Of a stretch of DNA of 64,000 nt, positions 1-13,600 are shown piece after piece. Source of the stretch: Psammoneis japonica. Lineage: Eukaryota. Location: NCBI GenBank assembly GCA_008632985.1, contig QPGO01000123.1:1-64000 (forward strand), read 5' to 3'. The translations under genes were made by a program, and so were the position numbers. Each line of letters starts with the position of its first letter. Position 1 is the first letter of the stretch. The notes under the pieces were generated by a model. That model saw nothing but the letters and a program-made list of their open reading frames with translations. It searched no databases and had not been told where the DNA came from.

Positions 1-645
1 CTCATGGGAACACCTTTTTTGGACCATGACAAGACTGTCTGACAATTGCCAACATCGCAAGTGTCCTCCAGGCTCCATTGCGTCGTTTGTTCCCCACAGT
101 GCGCACTTTCCAAAAATTGTGACGGCAGAAACACGACATGCCGTGATTGTGTGCTGACCAAGCCCCCAAGAAGGATGTCAAGCGCCTCACAAGTCCACAT
201 TGACACACACAACAGGTGCACCAAAGGATGCAGAGTGGGACGAAGCACAAAGATCCCAAACGGATGCGCTTTGGTGGCACCAACGACTTGAAAAACATGC
301 CAACATCACAGATGTCACAATCGACCACATGAGACAATCAATCCACCTTGCAAGCAGCAACAAAAAACAACAATGGTTTTTGGCAAATGGGAAAACGAAA
401 TAAAATGAGAAAACGCATGAAGAACTTACCTCGGCAATGTTGTCGACCATTCAGATGTTACCCGCAGCATGCAGCAATCGAAGCACAAGTCGATGCACAC
501 AACCGTTTGCACCGTGTCGCAACTAAAGCCCCCCAGGAAACCAAGCCAGTGTGTCAAACTCTCCACAACAGCGACAGAAAGAGATCACACATGCAAAACA
601 CGTCCACCCCACAATGTTTGCCATGCCGAGACACATCAAAGTGCA
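1..645. repeat. Unclassified dispersed repeat, TpA-depleted copy; inverted homologue at ~17745-18393
   Basis: By-eye alignment to the reverse complement of 17745-18393 (shared blocks GAAGCACAA..TCCCAAACGGAT, ATAAAATGAGAAAAC, AAGAACTTACC, CCCCAGGAAACCAA). No recognisable protein. Confidence 0.7.
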
Positions 646-1131
646 ATGTGCATGGCTGTTTCTTACGGTGCGATGTGCCAAATCGGGATCATTTGAGTGG
701 AATGAAGGAAATGAAGAGGATTCCCTCTTTTGTGTCATCACACAACTTGCACCATGTTGGACCGTTCATTTCCACTTGTCGTCACAGAAATGGAATTGTG
801 TCATTGTGGGATTCTGCACAAGTTCCAGTGCATTTCCTGCACAGTTTATGAAGAGCTGCCTGCGCAGCTGGACGATTGCCGATCTCAGAGAAATCCACTC
901 ATCTGTCCAAATGGTCTGGTTGTCATCTGTGTGCAGTCTGTCCATTGCAGGACAGATGGGCTGACACCCTCCCCTGATCTGCAACATCTAAAAATGGAAG
1001 GCAATGCAGATCAACTCAAAGAATGGGGATGATGCATGAGAACAGAATGGATGACAAGACAAAGTGTCCAGGCTCAGCTTGCAATCATAAAGGAGCCACA
1101 CAGCACAGGGCAGTGACATCTCCAAAAAGTC

Positions 1132-1133
<2 letters not shown>

Positions 1134-1163
<30 letters not shown>
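1134..1163 (+). repeat. (CAG)10 microsatellite
   Basis: Direct reading. Confidence 0.95.
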
Positions 1164-1164
<1 letters not shown>

Positions 1165-3949
1165 GCGAGTGTGTTGATCCATTGGAGTGTTCAACAAAAA
1201 AAGTCAAAGGCAGCTTCCAACAAATCTTGCGTGTCAATCAAGTCTTGAGTGCAAGAAAAATTTTGTCAATCAACAAACAATCAAATGCAAAAGGACTTTT
1301 CTGGCAAGTTGCAATGTTGCTGAATCTCATCTGGCAAAAATGGGGCTGGATTGAAATTCGCCATGGCGCGTGATGCAGCAAAAACAAAGCAGAAGCAACC
1401 CACTGGACAAAGCAGTGCCTCTCTGTCACATTTTGTTTTGCCCTTGAAAAAAAAAAACTTTGGACAAAGAGAGTGCATCATAAAAGTCATCAACATTGGA
1501 AAAATGTGTTCGCATGACAGGCAAGGATGGCAGGGCGTGCAAGCAGTGGTTGTCAAATGTGGTGTCTTAAAAGAATCTTCATTGCTCAACAGCCTTGCAT
1601 GCTTGCACTGCACTGTGGGGATCCCTCCCCTGTTTAAAGCATGCAGGGTCATCGTCAGCAATGGTCCACAGGTAAAAATGCTGTTTGACACCATGACGGT
1701 CTTGTCAGCAAACAAAACAGGTGTTGTGGTGGAAGGCAACATGACTTGGTGGCCCTCTTGCAGGGTTGCCCCACTTTCATGGAACTTGCAGGCTTCCTCT
1801 TTGCTGCAAGAGGACACAACTTGACGTGGAAAGAAGGTGGATGCTGGGTGGGTGAGCGACGTGCAAATCTTGATCACCCAATGTGGCATCTTGATTGAAT
1901 CTCAAATGCTGAAAAGCCTTGTTTGCTTCCTCTGCACTGCAGCAATGCCTCCCCCAATCTTGAAATGCAGGGTCATCATCAGTGATGGTGGACAGGTTGG
2001 GAGCACCATGAAAAATGCAATGCAACAGGCCAACGTTCTGGATGGTGGAGGGAAGAGGTTGCACAGTGGAAGGCAACAATGCTTGGTGGCCCTCTTTCTT
2101 GGTTGCCCCACTTTCACTGGTCAGGCTCAGATGAGAGAAGGAATGGCAGCATCCCACATCCAAAATTAACGACAGCCAAACCAGTTTGACAATCAACTGA
2201 TTTCTTGCAGCGTCCACAAGTGTCATCCAATGGCGTTGCACAGGCGGCAAGCAGCTCATGTGCAACCTTGGCAATGGAGCATGTTCCATCCTTTAGAGGA
2301 GCATGGCCGCCATTGCATGTGACACTGGAATTGTCAGAACCAAAAAACTGAGGGGTCTGAAGAAGTCTGGCATTGACGTTTGCAGAAAATGCCACCAATC
2401 TTGCAGACAGCACTGGGAAACCAGCTCATTCACTGTGGATGGCTTGCTGCTGGGGATCACATCAGACTTGGCAGACTTGATGTCCAGCAAAGTTCCATTC
2501 ATGGGATCTGTTCTAGCATCCACATCAAGTGCATTGTCAGCACACGTTGTTGTCAGTTCTCCAAGAAAGTCTGTGCATGCTGGAGCAGCTGGTGCTAAAA
2601 GAAACAGCCAAACCGGTGCCACATTGGGAATGCCAACAGTTTTGGGATTGATTGGGTCAGATGCAAATTGGAGATCTGTCACCAATGCAGTGTTCTTGAG
2701 GGGCAGAGGAGCAATTCCATTCAGCAAACACTCTAAAATTGGGAGAAAATCCCAATCAATGCACGCAAGTGTCGCGTGAGTCTCTTTCAGATGATTGGGA
2801 GGCTCAACAGTGACTGCAGTGGATGTCATTGGACAAAAAATTGTTGATGACAAAGGTTCTTCTAAAAAAAGGTAAAAGGAATTGGTCAGTTGATTGTGGT
2901 TTGTGATTGAAGTCATCAAAAGGCTTGGGGGGTGGTTGCAGTTGGCAATGTGGTCTTTGGATGACAGTGACAGTGAATGCAGCCCTGCAATGAACAAAGG
3001 CATTTGTCACTTTGATGAGTCTTGGACATGTCTTGCAGAACCATTGCTTGAAAGCGGTGGCACAAACTGTGAGACGCGAGTGTCACCATGACAGTGGAAA
3101 GGGTCAAAAACAACATGTGCAACACACCAGCCAAACCAATGGATGCAAAACACCTTGATCCAACCTGGAACCTGGAATGAAAAGAGGGAACAGAACTACA
3201 AGTTACGTCCATCTTGGAAGAAAATGGATGCACAGTGAGTGACATTTGAGCTGAAATGCCATGCAAAGGGGCACCCATCATGGACATGTCATTGCAGTCA
3301 ATTGTGTGCTGCACTGACTCATTTGCACATGCTTGGCACTGTGTTTTGATGTCATCTAAAGAGGTGGGCTTGGATTGTCATCTGTGAGGGGAGACATGAC
3401 CAGAGCTGTCAGACTCACACAAGTGGCATTGATTGCAACTTGCAACCAGCCCATCAGATGGAGGAGGTGGAATGGCGGACAACAACAAAACATGATGGCC
3501 CTCTTTCACAGTCACCCTGCTGCTGTCAGTCTTGTTTGGACAATGTGAGCATTGGCAGTGGTGCAGATCTGAAATTGACAATGGCCAAGCCAAAAATCCA
3601 AAGTCAAGGGAACTGGGTGACTGTCCATGTGGTGACGACAATTGTCCATGTCAAATGACAGCATTGCAGGAGTTTGTGACAGCATTGGTTCAATCTTGGA
3701 AAGAGAGAATGATCCTTCTGTCTTGTGCACAATGCCACCATGGCACAAAACAGTCAAAATGTCACAATGAGTGCTTGGGGGCTGAAGCAAAACATCCTTG
3801 ATGTCATGGGGAAGTTCCAAAATTTATCATGCAATGCCAGAGAACCAGCAGCAACCACTGCAGATGGCTCACTCACAGGAACCACAACAGATGCAGGAGA
3901 CTTGATGTGCTGCACAGTGGTGCTCATGGGATCAATCCAAGCACCTGTT

Positions 3950-4600
3950 AAAATTGCATCTTCATTGTGAGTCACATCTGCATGATCATGGCTGGCAGAC
4001 TCAGTGTGGCAGCATCCATCTTGGAATCTTCAAATGATGCATGATTGCTCCAACAAGACAAGGCCTGAGGTGAGGAAGAGAGCATGAAGCTTTTTCACAT
4101 CCATCACAGTCACCAGAAGGTAAAGGGTCTGGATTGCATTGATCCTTTGTACAAGGGGGGTCATCCGTGCCCTTGTCAAAGTGCACACACATGCCCCTGT
4201 TGATCTGAGAGGTTTCAGGATCCCGCCACAGGAGGTGTGCTTGTTGGCATCAGATGAACACCCAAGGAAAATGCCCTTCTTGGACATGGGGTGTAACTTG
4301 GAGCAATTGCAATTGGGTTCTCTGACCCAAACATGTGAACCATTTTCAATCTCCCCAGTGGCCTTGGTGTCAGGAGTTGCATGGTGATCCACAGACATGA
4401 CAGGCATGGCAGAGTCTCCATGAGACAAGTTGGCAGTCACAACAAGCAATGTGGACTGCAATGAGGAACCGCACAATGCCATGACAAGGTCTTGAATGCC
4501 AACTGAGGTGGGTGGTGCATTCATTGTTGGATGTGACATGCATTGCAGCAGCTACCTCCAGGATGCATGGCTGCATTCATGCGGAGTGGTGCAGTCACTG
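3950..4600 (-). mobile_element. Degenerate Ty1/copia integrase C-terminal relic; boundaries uncertain, probably extends to ~5.9 kb
   Basis: Minus-strand peptide SHVWVR..SKLHPMSKKGIFLGCSSD..HFDKG resembles the copia FG..V..R.KL..RS.KGIFLGY..HFDE region with Y->C. Confidence 0.55.
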
Positions 4601-6389
4601 ATGAAGGACTGTGCCAGGCCTTGACAAGATTGAGTGTGCCAATCAACAAGAAACTCACATTTGTTGCTGGATGAGGCAGATGTTCTTGTGGAGGTTGACA
4701 CTGGGGTGCAACATGTGGTTGTGCACAACATGATGCAATGTCGTGCAAAGCCATTGCAAAATGGTCCATGCAGATCAATGAAGGATTCATGGTTGACAGT
4801 GGTGGAGCTGCAGGTGCTTGTTTGGATGCATGCAGAGAAAGAGAAAACTCTTTCCAATCTCCATAATTCCATTGCATGTCAGGATCGAGTGCATGCACAT
4901 GCTGTGTTGACATGAGAACATGTGCAGCATGCTCGTGTTGCTGAAGATTAAACTTGATCATGGATGAGAGACCTTCAGTTGTCAAATGAATCATGTGAGG
5001 CTCAGCAGGGCCCAAATAAAAAAAGGACTTCATCCACAATTGTCTTGATGGACTGCATGTCCACAGGATCCACCGTGCAAGGTGGAAATGCTTGGTTGAC
5101 AAGAAACTCATGGAATGAGTCCACAAAGTTCTTCTCAGGCCAAGTGTGATCTGGGTCTTCAAAGAATGGATCCAGATCAAGCATGGAATCCGCACACAGC
5201 ATGCTCAGGGACTTGTGGACGTGTGGTGGAGTGTCATGTGCTTGGAGTGTGTGACAGATCTCTGCAATGGACGTGGGAGCAGCCTTTGCAGGGTCAGGAG
5301 ACACCATGGCTGGACTTGGAGAAAACATTTTTGGTCATGCACATGTGGAAATCTGGTGTGTTTCCACGAGTGTGAAAAATGACAGGAATGAGAGAAAAAC
5401 ATCCTTTTGGGAACAAGAGATGAGGCTTGCTTGATCAGCTCACAAAACAAATGAATCGAAACAGAAAGCATGGTGCAGAGTTCAGCGGCACAGCGCAAGG
5501 CCACAACCTGACAGAACACCAAAGGGCAATGAGGACAATGGTGTGATGGAGTTCCCAGGTTTTTTTGTGCAACAATGTAACAACTGCACACAAGCTCCAG
5601 GGGAGGTCAATTGAGAGCCTGATTGTTGACAAAATTTTGACTGCAGAAAGACAACTGATGGGTTTGTGTGGTTCTGTCCAGAGTGACCACAAGAAAGAGA
5701 CTTTGTCTTCAGGAAGAAGCTTGAAAGGCAGGAAAATGAAGGGCATGTCTTTGGCATTGAATGAGTTCCTCAGGTGCTTGAGGCACACAAGAAGGGGCTC
5801 CAAGAAGGCTCTCAGGCTCTTGCTGCAAAAATGACCAGCCAAAGATTGAAATCACCAGACATTGATTTTTAAAACATTGTGGCAACAATCTGGGCTTGCA
5901 TCATGTGATTGTCCTTTTCAGGCACAGAAAAAAGGGGGTGAGTTGTTTTGCTCATGACCCGCAGTTTGAAAGTGATTGTTTGCACAAAAAGCACAAGATT
6001 CAAAAATCGATCTCTCAACAGTGAAGAAGTGCAATGTCATGCAGCATTCAAAGACTTGGGTGAAGAATTGAAAGACAAAAGCAGCTGGCATTGAAACATT
6101 TGTGACCAATGACCTCTAAATGGAAAATCAACAGACTGGCCAATTGGTTGGCCAGGAGGAGTCAATGGCATCTCAACCCAAAAATGACTGAGGCAACTCA
6201 AAATTTGACCTGTCACACGCGCATTTGTGAAGTTTTTTTTTTTAGAAAATGGGTGTCATGTGGTTGATGCAGTCATGCAAACAAGAGGTGGATTTTGTGC
6301 ATGGTTTCCATCATCTGCACACAAAGTTTGAATGAGATCTGGTGCCATTTGCCGCATTTGTGATGGTGTTTTGGCTGTCTTGGGGCTGT

Positions 6390-6800
6390 GCACAGAGGTC
6401 ATCCGCAAGCTGGTGTTTGGCATCTGTTCTTGGCAGCGGCACAGTCTGGCCCAAGCAGGGTCATTTGGTGCTTGCACAGGGATGGACCATTGCCATCTTC
6501 CCACTGGCACCATCTGGAGCTGATCTGGGACAAAGGGATGCATGATTCCCTGAGGCAATGGTGAGTTGCCCACACCACTGACACTCATTCTTGCGTTGAC
6601 ATTGCTGCACACCTCTGAGTGTGGCTTTTGCCATTTGTTGGTCAGTTTGGAAGAGATCCTGCACAGCACTGCCTTGGCTTCTTTTGCCAAACAGTCCATC
6701 ACATGACACTGGTTGATGCAATGAAGGGAGCAAAGTGGTGACACTGCAATCAAACACAATGTGACAGCCACTCACAAGGGAGCTGTGCATCTCATGTCCT
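6390..6800 (-). mobile_element. Degenerate 3' end (RLE endonuclease tail) of a CRE-like non-LTR retrotransposon
   Basis: Peptides DCLAKEAKAVLCRISSKLTNKWQKPHSEVCSNVNARMS and VVWATHHCLRESCIPLSQISSRWCQWEDG match the typical L..KW..PYS.V..YV.ARMS.A.VRATHLCLRGSR tail. Confidence 0.65.
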
Positions 6801-8699
6801 TTTGATCAGCATTTTTGCCAGCAGCTCAAACAAAGTGAGTGAATCCCAATGCAACACAAGAGCAAGCACAGTGCCTCCTCAAGCCCCATTTCAAAACAGC
6901 AGCACTGTCACTGAAAACCCAAATGCACTTAGATTGTGGAAGAGAATGTGCAACACCATGAGTGCATCTACCCTCTGATCAGGAACAGACTGCACCATCC
7001 AGATTCATTGTTTGCTGGGTCAACTTTGACATGGCCAATCTGCACGTCCACCCCATTTGACCAACACTGGACTCTGCACCATGCAGCCCTGTTGCTTGTT
7101 GTCCATGAATGCTTCAAGCCAATGGCCCATCAAAACCAGTTCTCCACATCAGCAACAAGGTCCAGTCCTGAGCACAACTGCAAACATCATCACAGCAGTT
7201 GGTGGGGGGAATTTTCATTCCTGGATGTGAGGTGTGTCCCCAGATCCCAAATGACATTGCTTGACAAGTCGTGAATCCTTCCTGTTGTTGGCACTGAAGG
7301 TCAATGCCACATTGTCCATTGTGGCTCCAATGATGGCCCCTTCCAGCAGTCCATCAAATCTGTCTGCTGAGTGCCAACCATCACACACAGCCACATCAAA
7401 AGCTCCAAGGGTTTGGCAAGGCTGGGTGATGGCAAGTCCATCAAGGAAAGGGTTGTCTCTGAGTTCAACTTCACCAAAACATGTCTCACAGCATGAGAAT
7501 GCTGCGCCTTGCTTCTTGTTGGTGTCTTCAGCATTTGCTTCTTGACAAGCAATTTTAGCTCCAATGAGTTCAACTGCAAAATGACATTGTTGGGCAGTGG
7601 TGAGATTTGAGAACCACAAGGAATCTGCTCAGCAATTCAGTGGGGAGAAACAAAAGGGCAAGTTGATGATCTGATGGGCTGCCATCTCTTGATGAGAAAT
7701 CAACAATGATGTTGGTTGTTCCCAGGAACCACTGACTGCAGGACTGGCTCTCAGCTTGGATCATGATCTCAGCAAAGTTGCGTGCTGTCACCAGCTGCAT
7801 GTGGGATCTTTGACTTTGTCAAAGTTTGACTTGTGCAGAGCCACCCAGATGCCAAGGTGCTGTCACCTTGTGATGGTGTGCATGAGAGCACACAGGTGAG
7901 TTTCTTTTGTGCCCTGTGCATGCAATGGGTGACGAAAACCAGGCCTGCAGGGAGCATTGAGCACTTGTCTTTCTTTGTGGGTGTGGGTATGTGCCGTTGC
8001 ATGCTGCATTGCCTGCACGTGTGCAGGGCCCTGCTGCCGGGGCCGGTGTCAGTTGTGGCGGCTGAGTGGCATGGCCGCCGCACCGGTGATGCGGGTGGCC
8101 ATTGCATTTGATGTCTCATGCCATTTTTGGGGCTGCAGCAACGTGCACGGACACTCTTTTTTCCAATTTATCGCCACAATGGTGCGTTGCACAAACTCAC
8201 TTGTTGTTTGACATGTTTTCCCCAATGTGACTGTTTTGTGTAGAATTCACGATAAATTGTCTTTGTTTGCAACTGCATGCATTTTTCAACATGCCACACC
8301 GGCAATCCCAATTTTTCAGCACTTTCGAGCTCTCCTGAAAAACTGTTCCACACACCTGTCGCAGGGAATTTGTTGATTTTTTAGGATGTCCCCAGGACCT
8401 CTCATGTCCTCAATGATCATTCTGCGAATCCGAAGAATTCATCTGTGCCAAACAACCCATCCCGTTCCAAAATCTGAGGGACACACTTTCAAATTCAGAC
8501 GGACTGCCGGACTGCCCGACCCCCCGACTGCGGGGCCGACACGAAAAAGTCTGCAATTGCCAACCACTGAGTGGTCAATGATGTGGATGTGTTTCAACTG
8601 CATTGATGTGAAAATTATGAGCCAGTTCATGTGCAGAGAAATGGAATCGTGCAAATGGGGAATCTTGTCAAATCAGCCATTTGTTCGCATTTTGGATCG

Positions 8700-11600
8700 C
8701 ACCAGTCGATCGTGCATTTGCACTGTGGATCGTGTGAATCATGCCATCATGCGCCATGTGTGAGTGATGTCATCATGTGGAATCACACCACTGTTGTGGG
8801 CCAGACAACAGGTTGGTGTGCTTCACACGGGTGCTCTCTTGGCATCCTTCTAGTTTGCCTGAGACACAGAGCCATGCCCTCCTGTGGTCATGCTTCCCAG
8901 GTGCGTGCTGACAACACTGCATTGCCACGCACAAGAGGCTGTGCATGGTTGCGCCGTGTTGTCCAGCACTGAGGCATGCTGCACACTCCCCCATGATCAG
9001 GGCCGTTGAGTGACAGAATGTCTCACTGGTGATGGGACACAATCTGCCACAGATTGCACGCATCTGTCAGCGCTCCGTTCTGGGTGCACAATGTGCCGTT
9101 GTCACACACACGGACAACTCTGGCAGGTCCTGCACAGCAGTCAGAACCGCACTTAGAAGATTGTTCTTGTTTCACAAGTGCCAATTGTCCAACGGTGTGT
9201 TGGCACTCCTTGCATTTCTGATTTTCATGCTCGTTGTTTAAGTGGACAAGCTTCTGCTTTCTGGTTTCCATGTGCTTCCACTTGGCACGATGAGCAATGG
9301 ATAAAACCGCATCATGTCCAAAGACCAATTGCGCAGGGCTTGCACACGTGGTCGCATGTGCCACAGCTCTTGTGGCGAAGGCTGCAGCAGATGGAATGCC
9401 ACTCCATGGGTCATCCTCGTCCACTTCCATGTCATGTGCTGAAAATGAACGCACCACATTGCCAAGTGTCTGGTGTGCACATTCGACTGTGGCACTCACC
9501 TGTGGATTGCGTTTGCTTGTGGGTTTCTTCAGAATCCCACAGTCATTTTTGATCATTTGGCTAAATTCTTCCATGAATTCTGTCCCATGGTCACACACTG
9601 TCTGGGTTGGCCACAGACATCTGCACAGCCAGGTTTGTTCCACGACGTTTTCCACTGCATCTGCGCATTTCGCAGACACTTCCTTGATCTCAAACCATCC
9701 GGTTGCCGGATTGATCACAGTGACCGCCCACAATTGCAAGGTGTCCTTTCCGCATCTTTGGATTTTACAGGGCCCTGTCATGGCTGTGCATGGAGTCTCC
9801 CATGGAATTGTCTCAGCAACCTTTTCTGGCAGCTTCCCATGATGCTGCGTTTGGCGTTTTGTCCTCTGGCATCGTTCACACTTAACGCATGTAGAATGCA
9901 CCGTAGACCTCACACTGGGCCAGCAGAAGTGCTGGGCAACAGATGTTTCCGCATGTGTCTCACCCAGATGACACAGTGTTTCATGGTGCCATTCAGTTAA
10001 CGGAACCTGCAATGACTGTGGCACTGCAATTTTGTCCTTGTGACACATTGACTGTCATGATGACCCTCCCCCACGACACGCGCAAATGGAGCAGTCAGAC
10101 AAGTCCTCAGCTTGTGACAGCAGGCGCTTGTCCTGTTGTTGCTCTTTTTGGATGCGCTTGAAGCCAACAGGTGCAGGTGCGGCATCTGGCACATCTGCAT
10201 TGAAAGCTTCATGCAAGGGATGACTCGATGGAGTGTCCTCTGCATCCGGATTGGATTTGGAAGGCAAAGGTGGTGCCAGCCGAAGGCAACCAAGAGTGTC
10301 AGCGACTGGGTCATGGGCACCCTTGACATGTTGTAATTCGGGACTGCATTCTTCACATGTTGACCACCAGCGCATCACGTGTTCGGCATTGAATGCTTCA
10401 CATGTGAGATTTTTATGATCAGTGTGTGCGACCACACGATGACCAAGGAGTGTCGTTCGAAATTCTTTCAACATCTCCACAATGGTGGGCAATTCTCTCT
10501 CCATTGTTGTGTGATTTAATTGCATGCTGTCAAGCTTTCTGCCATGAAATGTGACTGGTTTATTGTCCTGGGATGTGGCTGCTCCCAATTGACATTTAGA
10601 GGCATCGGCATGCATCTCAAAGGGTTTGTTAAAATCAGGATGTGTCAACAACACATCTTTTGACAGTGTCCGCTTGACGGTTTCAAATGCCTTGTCTTCA
10701 ACGGACATCCATTCCCACTTGACAGTCTTGCTAACGAGTTGTGTTGGTGGAGCCAAGACTTCAGAACGTCTGATCCACGTGTCGTGGCAGCAGTTTGCCA
10801 AACAGACAAATGAGCGCAGGTCGCGCTCATTTGCAGGCTTTGCGATGCGTTCAATGGTGTCGACTTTTGCAGGTGTTGGCTGCATGCTGTCATGGTTGAC
10901 AAGATGACCCAAGTGCTCTGGTTGGGTTTGACAGAAGTGTGACTTAGTTGCGTTAACTTCAAGTCCTGCTTTCTGGACCCTCAACAGCACTTCTTCAAGT
11001 TTCTTGAGGTGATCTTCACAGGTGCCTTTTGTCATGATGAGAAGGTCATCTGAGCATGTTTGAACAAATGACAGATCTTCAAACAAGCCTGACATGCACT
11101 CTTGGAAGATGTCTGGCAAATTGCATGACCCCGTGGGCAATGCTTGCATCTCATGCTTGCCCCACAGGAAGATGAGCGCACAGAGCTTCTTGCTGTCAGT
11201 GTCCAAACGAATGTGATGATGACCCACATTAAGATCCAATGATGCAGCCCACACAAAGCCTTTGAGCTTTGGTGGCACATCTTGGACATGAGGGATTGGA
11301 CAAGGTGATTGCTTGATCCATTTGTTCAGCTCCCTGAAGCCATTGATGAACCACACCGTTGAGTCTTTCTTTGGCATGATAAATGATGGAGCCGCCCATT
11401 GGGATCGGTTGAAGTGTTTGAGAAGCAATCGTCAGTGTGATGTCCACAGTTGGTCCCGTGGAGCATGCATGACTTCTGGGTGTTCTTCTGATTCGTGATC
11501 AACAACTCAGAATTGTCCGTTCTGTGGCCCCACTTGCGTGGGACCTTAACATGTTGGTCCTGGTTACCTTCAGCAGACTCAACCTGCTCAACCCGCTTGC

Positions 11601-11800
11601 AGAATTGTAAAAACTCGAACATGGTGTGAGCCAATGGGTCAAAATTCTGTGGTGTCATGATCTTCTGCCACACATTTGGCACTCTGCACTCAAACAAGTC
11701 ACAGAGTTCGTCATTGGGTGATGACACCGGTGCTGCTCCTCCCTGCGTCACAGGCGAAAACTGAGTGTCATGTCCGTCAATTTCAACAGCCCTCACAACA
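8700..11800 (-). mobile_element. Internally deleted, heavily mutated Ty3/gypsy relic (gag end, RT-RNase H 10055-11428, integrase 9023-10048)
   Basis: WAAPSFIMPKKD, SLDLNVGHHHIRL, DASKCQLGA, TDHKNL, HETLCH..CERCQ, DHGTEF; gag-like CMLHG..GHHTDDC; PPT-like GGGGGAG at 8986-8992 on the minus strand. The left LTR edge is approximate. Confidence 0.9.
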
Positions 11801-12879
11801 CAGTCACGAGTGGAAACTTCAGCGGGCTTGTGCGCGAAGTGTCACAGACAACATTTCTGCAGCAGCACCGCCCCATGAGGGAAGATGCTTTCCTTTGGCT
11901 TTGCCATGCATGCAACATGCGCAGCGTTGGTTTGAGAGTGCTTGCTGTGATGTGGCGCCATTGTCTTGAACGGTTTGGCTGTCATGCAGGTGGTGCTGAA
12001 CAGGGTGGGAAACTGTGCTCTTTCTTTTCATCAATGTCACACATGCACAAGACAGCCACTGATGGCTCTGCTTGGCTTTGCCACCCATTTGCAGCTGTTG
12101 CTGTGCAGAGAAGTCTGCAAGTTCTTGTTGTCTCTGTTGTCTGTGAGGATTGGCAATGCTCTTTGGGCTGTGCTGCTTGATTTTTGCTTTGATGTCTCTG
12201 GCAAATCCCATGTCTCTGCAAAAAATCTGCTGCAGCTGTCCAAGGTCTCACCAACACATTCTTTGAACACAGCTGAAGTCATTTCATGCTCAAACTCTTC
12301 ATTGTCAATGATCATCTCTGCTGCTCTGCTTCAGCCTGCATTTGCTGCTGTGACCAAAGTGTGCTGCCACAGAAGCAGGGTTGGCAACACTGCAAAGCAC
12401 ACTCATGATGCTTGGCACAGGGGTGTCTGGGTCAACCCCTGACAAAATTTTGTTGTTTCCTGAAGAAAATGCCAAGCAACTTGTCAAGACAGCCATGGAG
12501 CTGGGCAGTCAGAGAAAAAACAAAGAACAAAAAAAGAGCTTTGCCTCAAAGAGAGCAACGCACCCACTGCCTGCTCCTTTGTCATCTTCTGAGTCATCTT
12601 TGTGGGGAACATGAGTGTTGGCTGCTGGTTTTGCTGCTGGCATGCCTCACCTGCCATTGCTGTCACCATGTTGGACACATCATTTGATGTCATCTTTCAT
12701 TCCATTGAAGAGGGGTCAATGTCAACACTTTGCATTTTGTCATTGTTGAAGAGGAGGATGGTGTGGAGGTCCTTTTTCACACACTGGTGTCAGTCTAATG
12801 CAATGAAGTGTTTCTAAATCTGCAGACAACATTTTGACAAACCACAGGTGGGCATGCAGGCAATTGGTGAGCATCACAT

Positions 12880-13600
12880 GCTCAAGCATGGCTGCTTGTG
12901 TGTGAAACCACCACCCTTCAATGATGCAGGTGGTTTTGGGATTTTGTCAGAAGGTTTGCATGCAAGAAGAGGATTGATGTCACACCTCAGATGCTGGGCC
13001 ACATTCATTGCATGGTGGTTGGTTTGAAGCTGGTCATCCATCACACACTCCACACACCCAAATGAGAGCCAGTGCTTGGGCGTCACTCAAGACATTTGTT
13101 GTGTGTGGAATTTTTTGGTGCACAGTGCTTGGGACTCTGAAAGCCGGGCTCTTCATTCACTGCATTGTTTGCTTTGTAAATGGTGTGTGGCCACAAGCTT
13201 GCAGCAACACTTGAGGGCCATCAATGCCTGCATTGTGCAGCACATGTTGATGCACGCAAGCATCCAACCTTGTCTTTGATCGTGAATGTCTTGCAATTTT
13301 TGGCATGGCAAGCAACTGTTTTGACTCTGCAATTTCATGCCATCAACTTGAAACCACTTTTGCCCTTGCATGCATCCTCCATGCTTGTTGTCTTCTGACA
13401 GTGCACACAGCTGAAGCACAAGTGTTGGTCAATGTGCACTCTGTTGTGCACATGAGTTGGATCTCTTCCATCAAAAAGCCCCCACCATTTGGCTTCACAA
13501 CCACAGCTCCTGTGTGGGTGAGAGACCATTGGTCCACTCTGCATTTCCTGTGATCCAGATGTTCCAACAGTGCCTGGCTTGAAGCTTTTCACTGACAAAA
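12880..13600 (-). mobile_element. Degenerate CoDi-type copia integrase relic
   Basis: VDQWSLTHTG, IDQHLCFSCVHCQKTTSMEDACKGKSGF and KHWLSFGCVECVMDDQLQ resemble VDQLES.TPG, VDH.S.FSYVH.Q..TS.EET..AK..FE and HTFGCPVYVLD..LQ. Confidence 0.6.
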
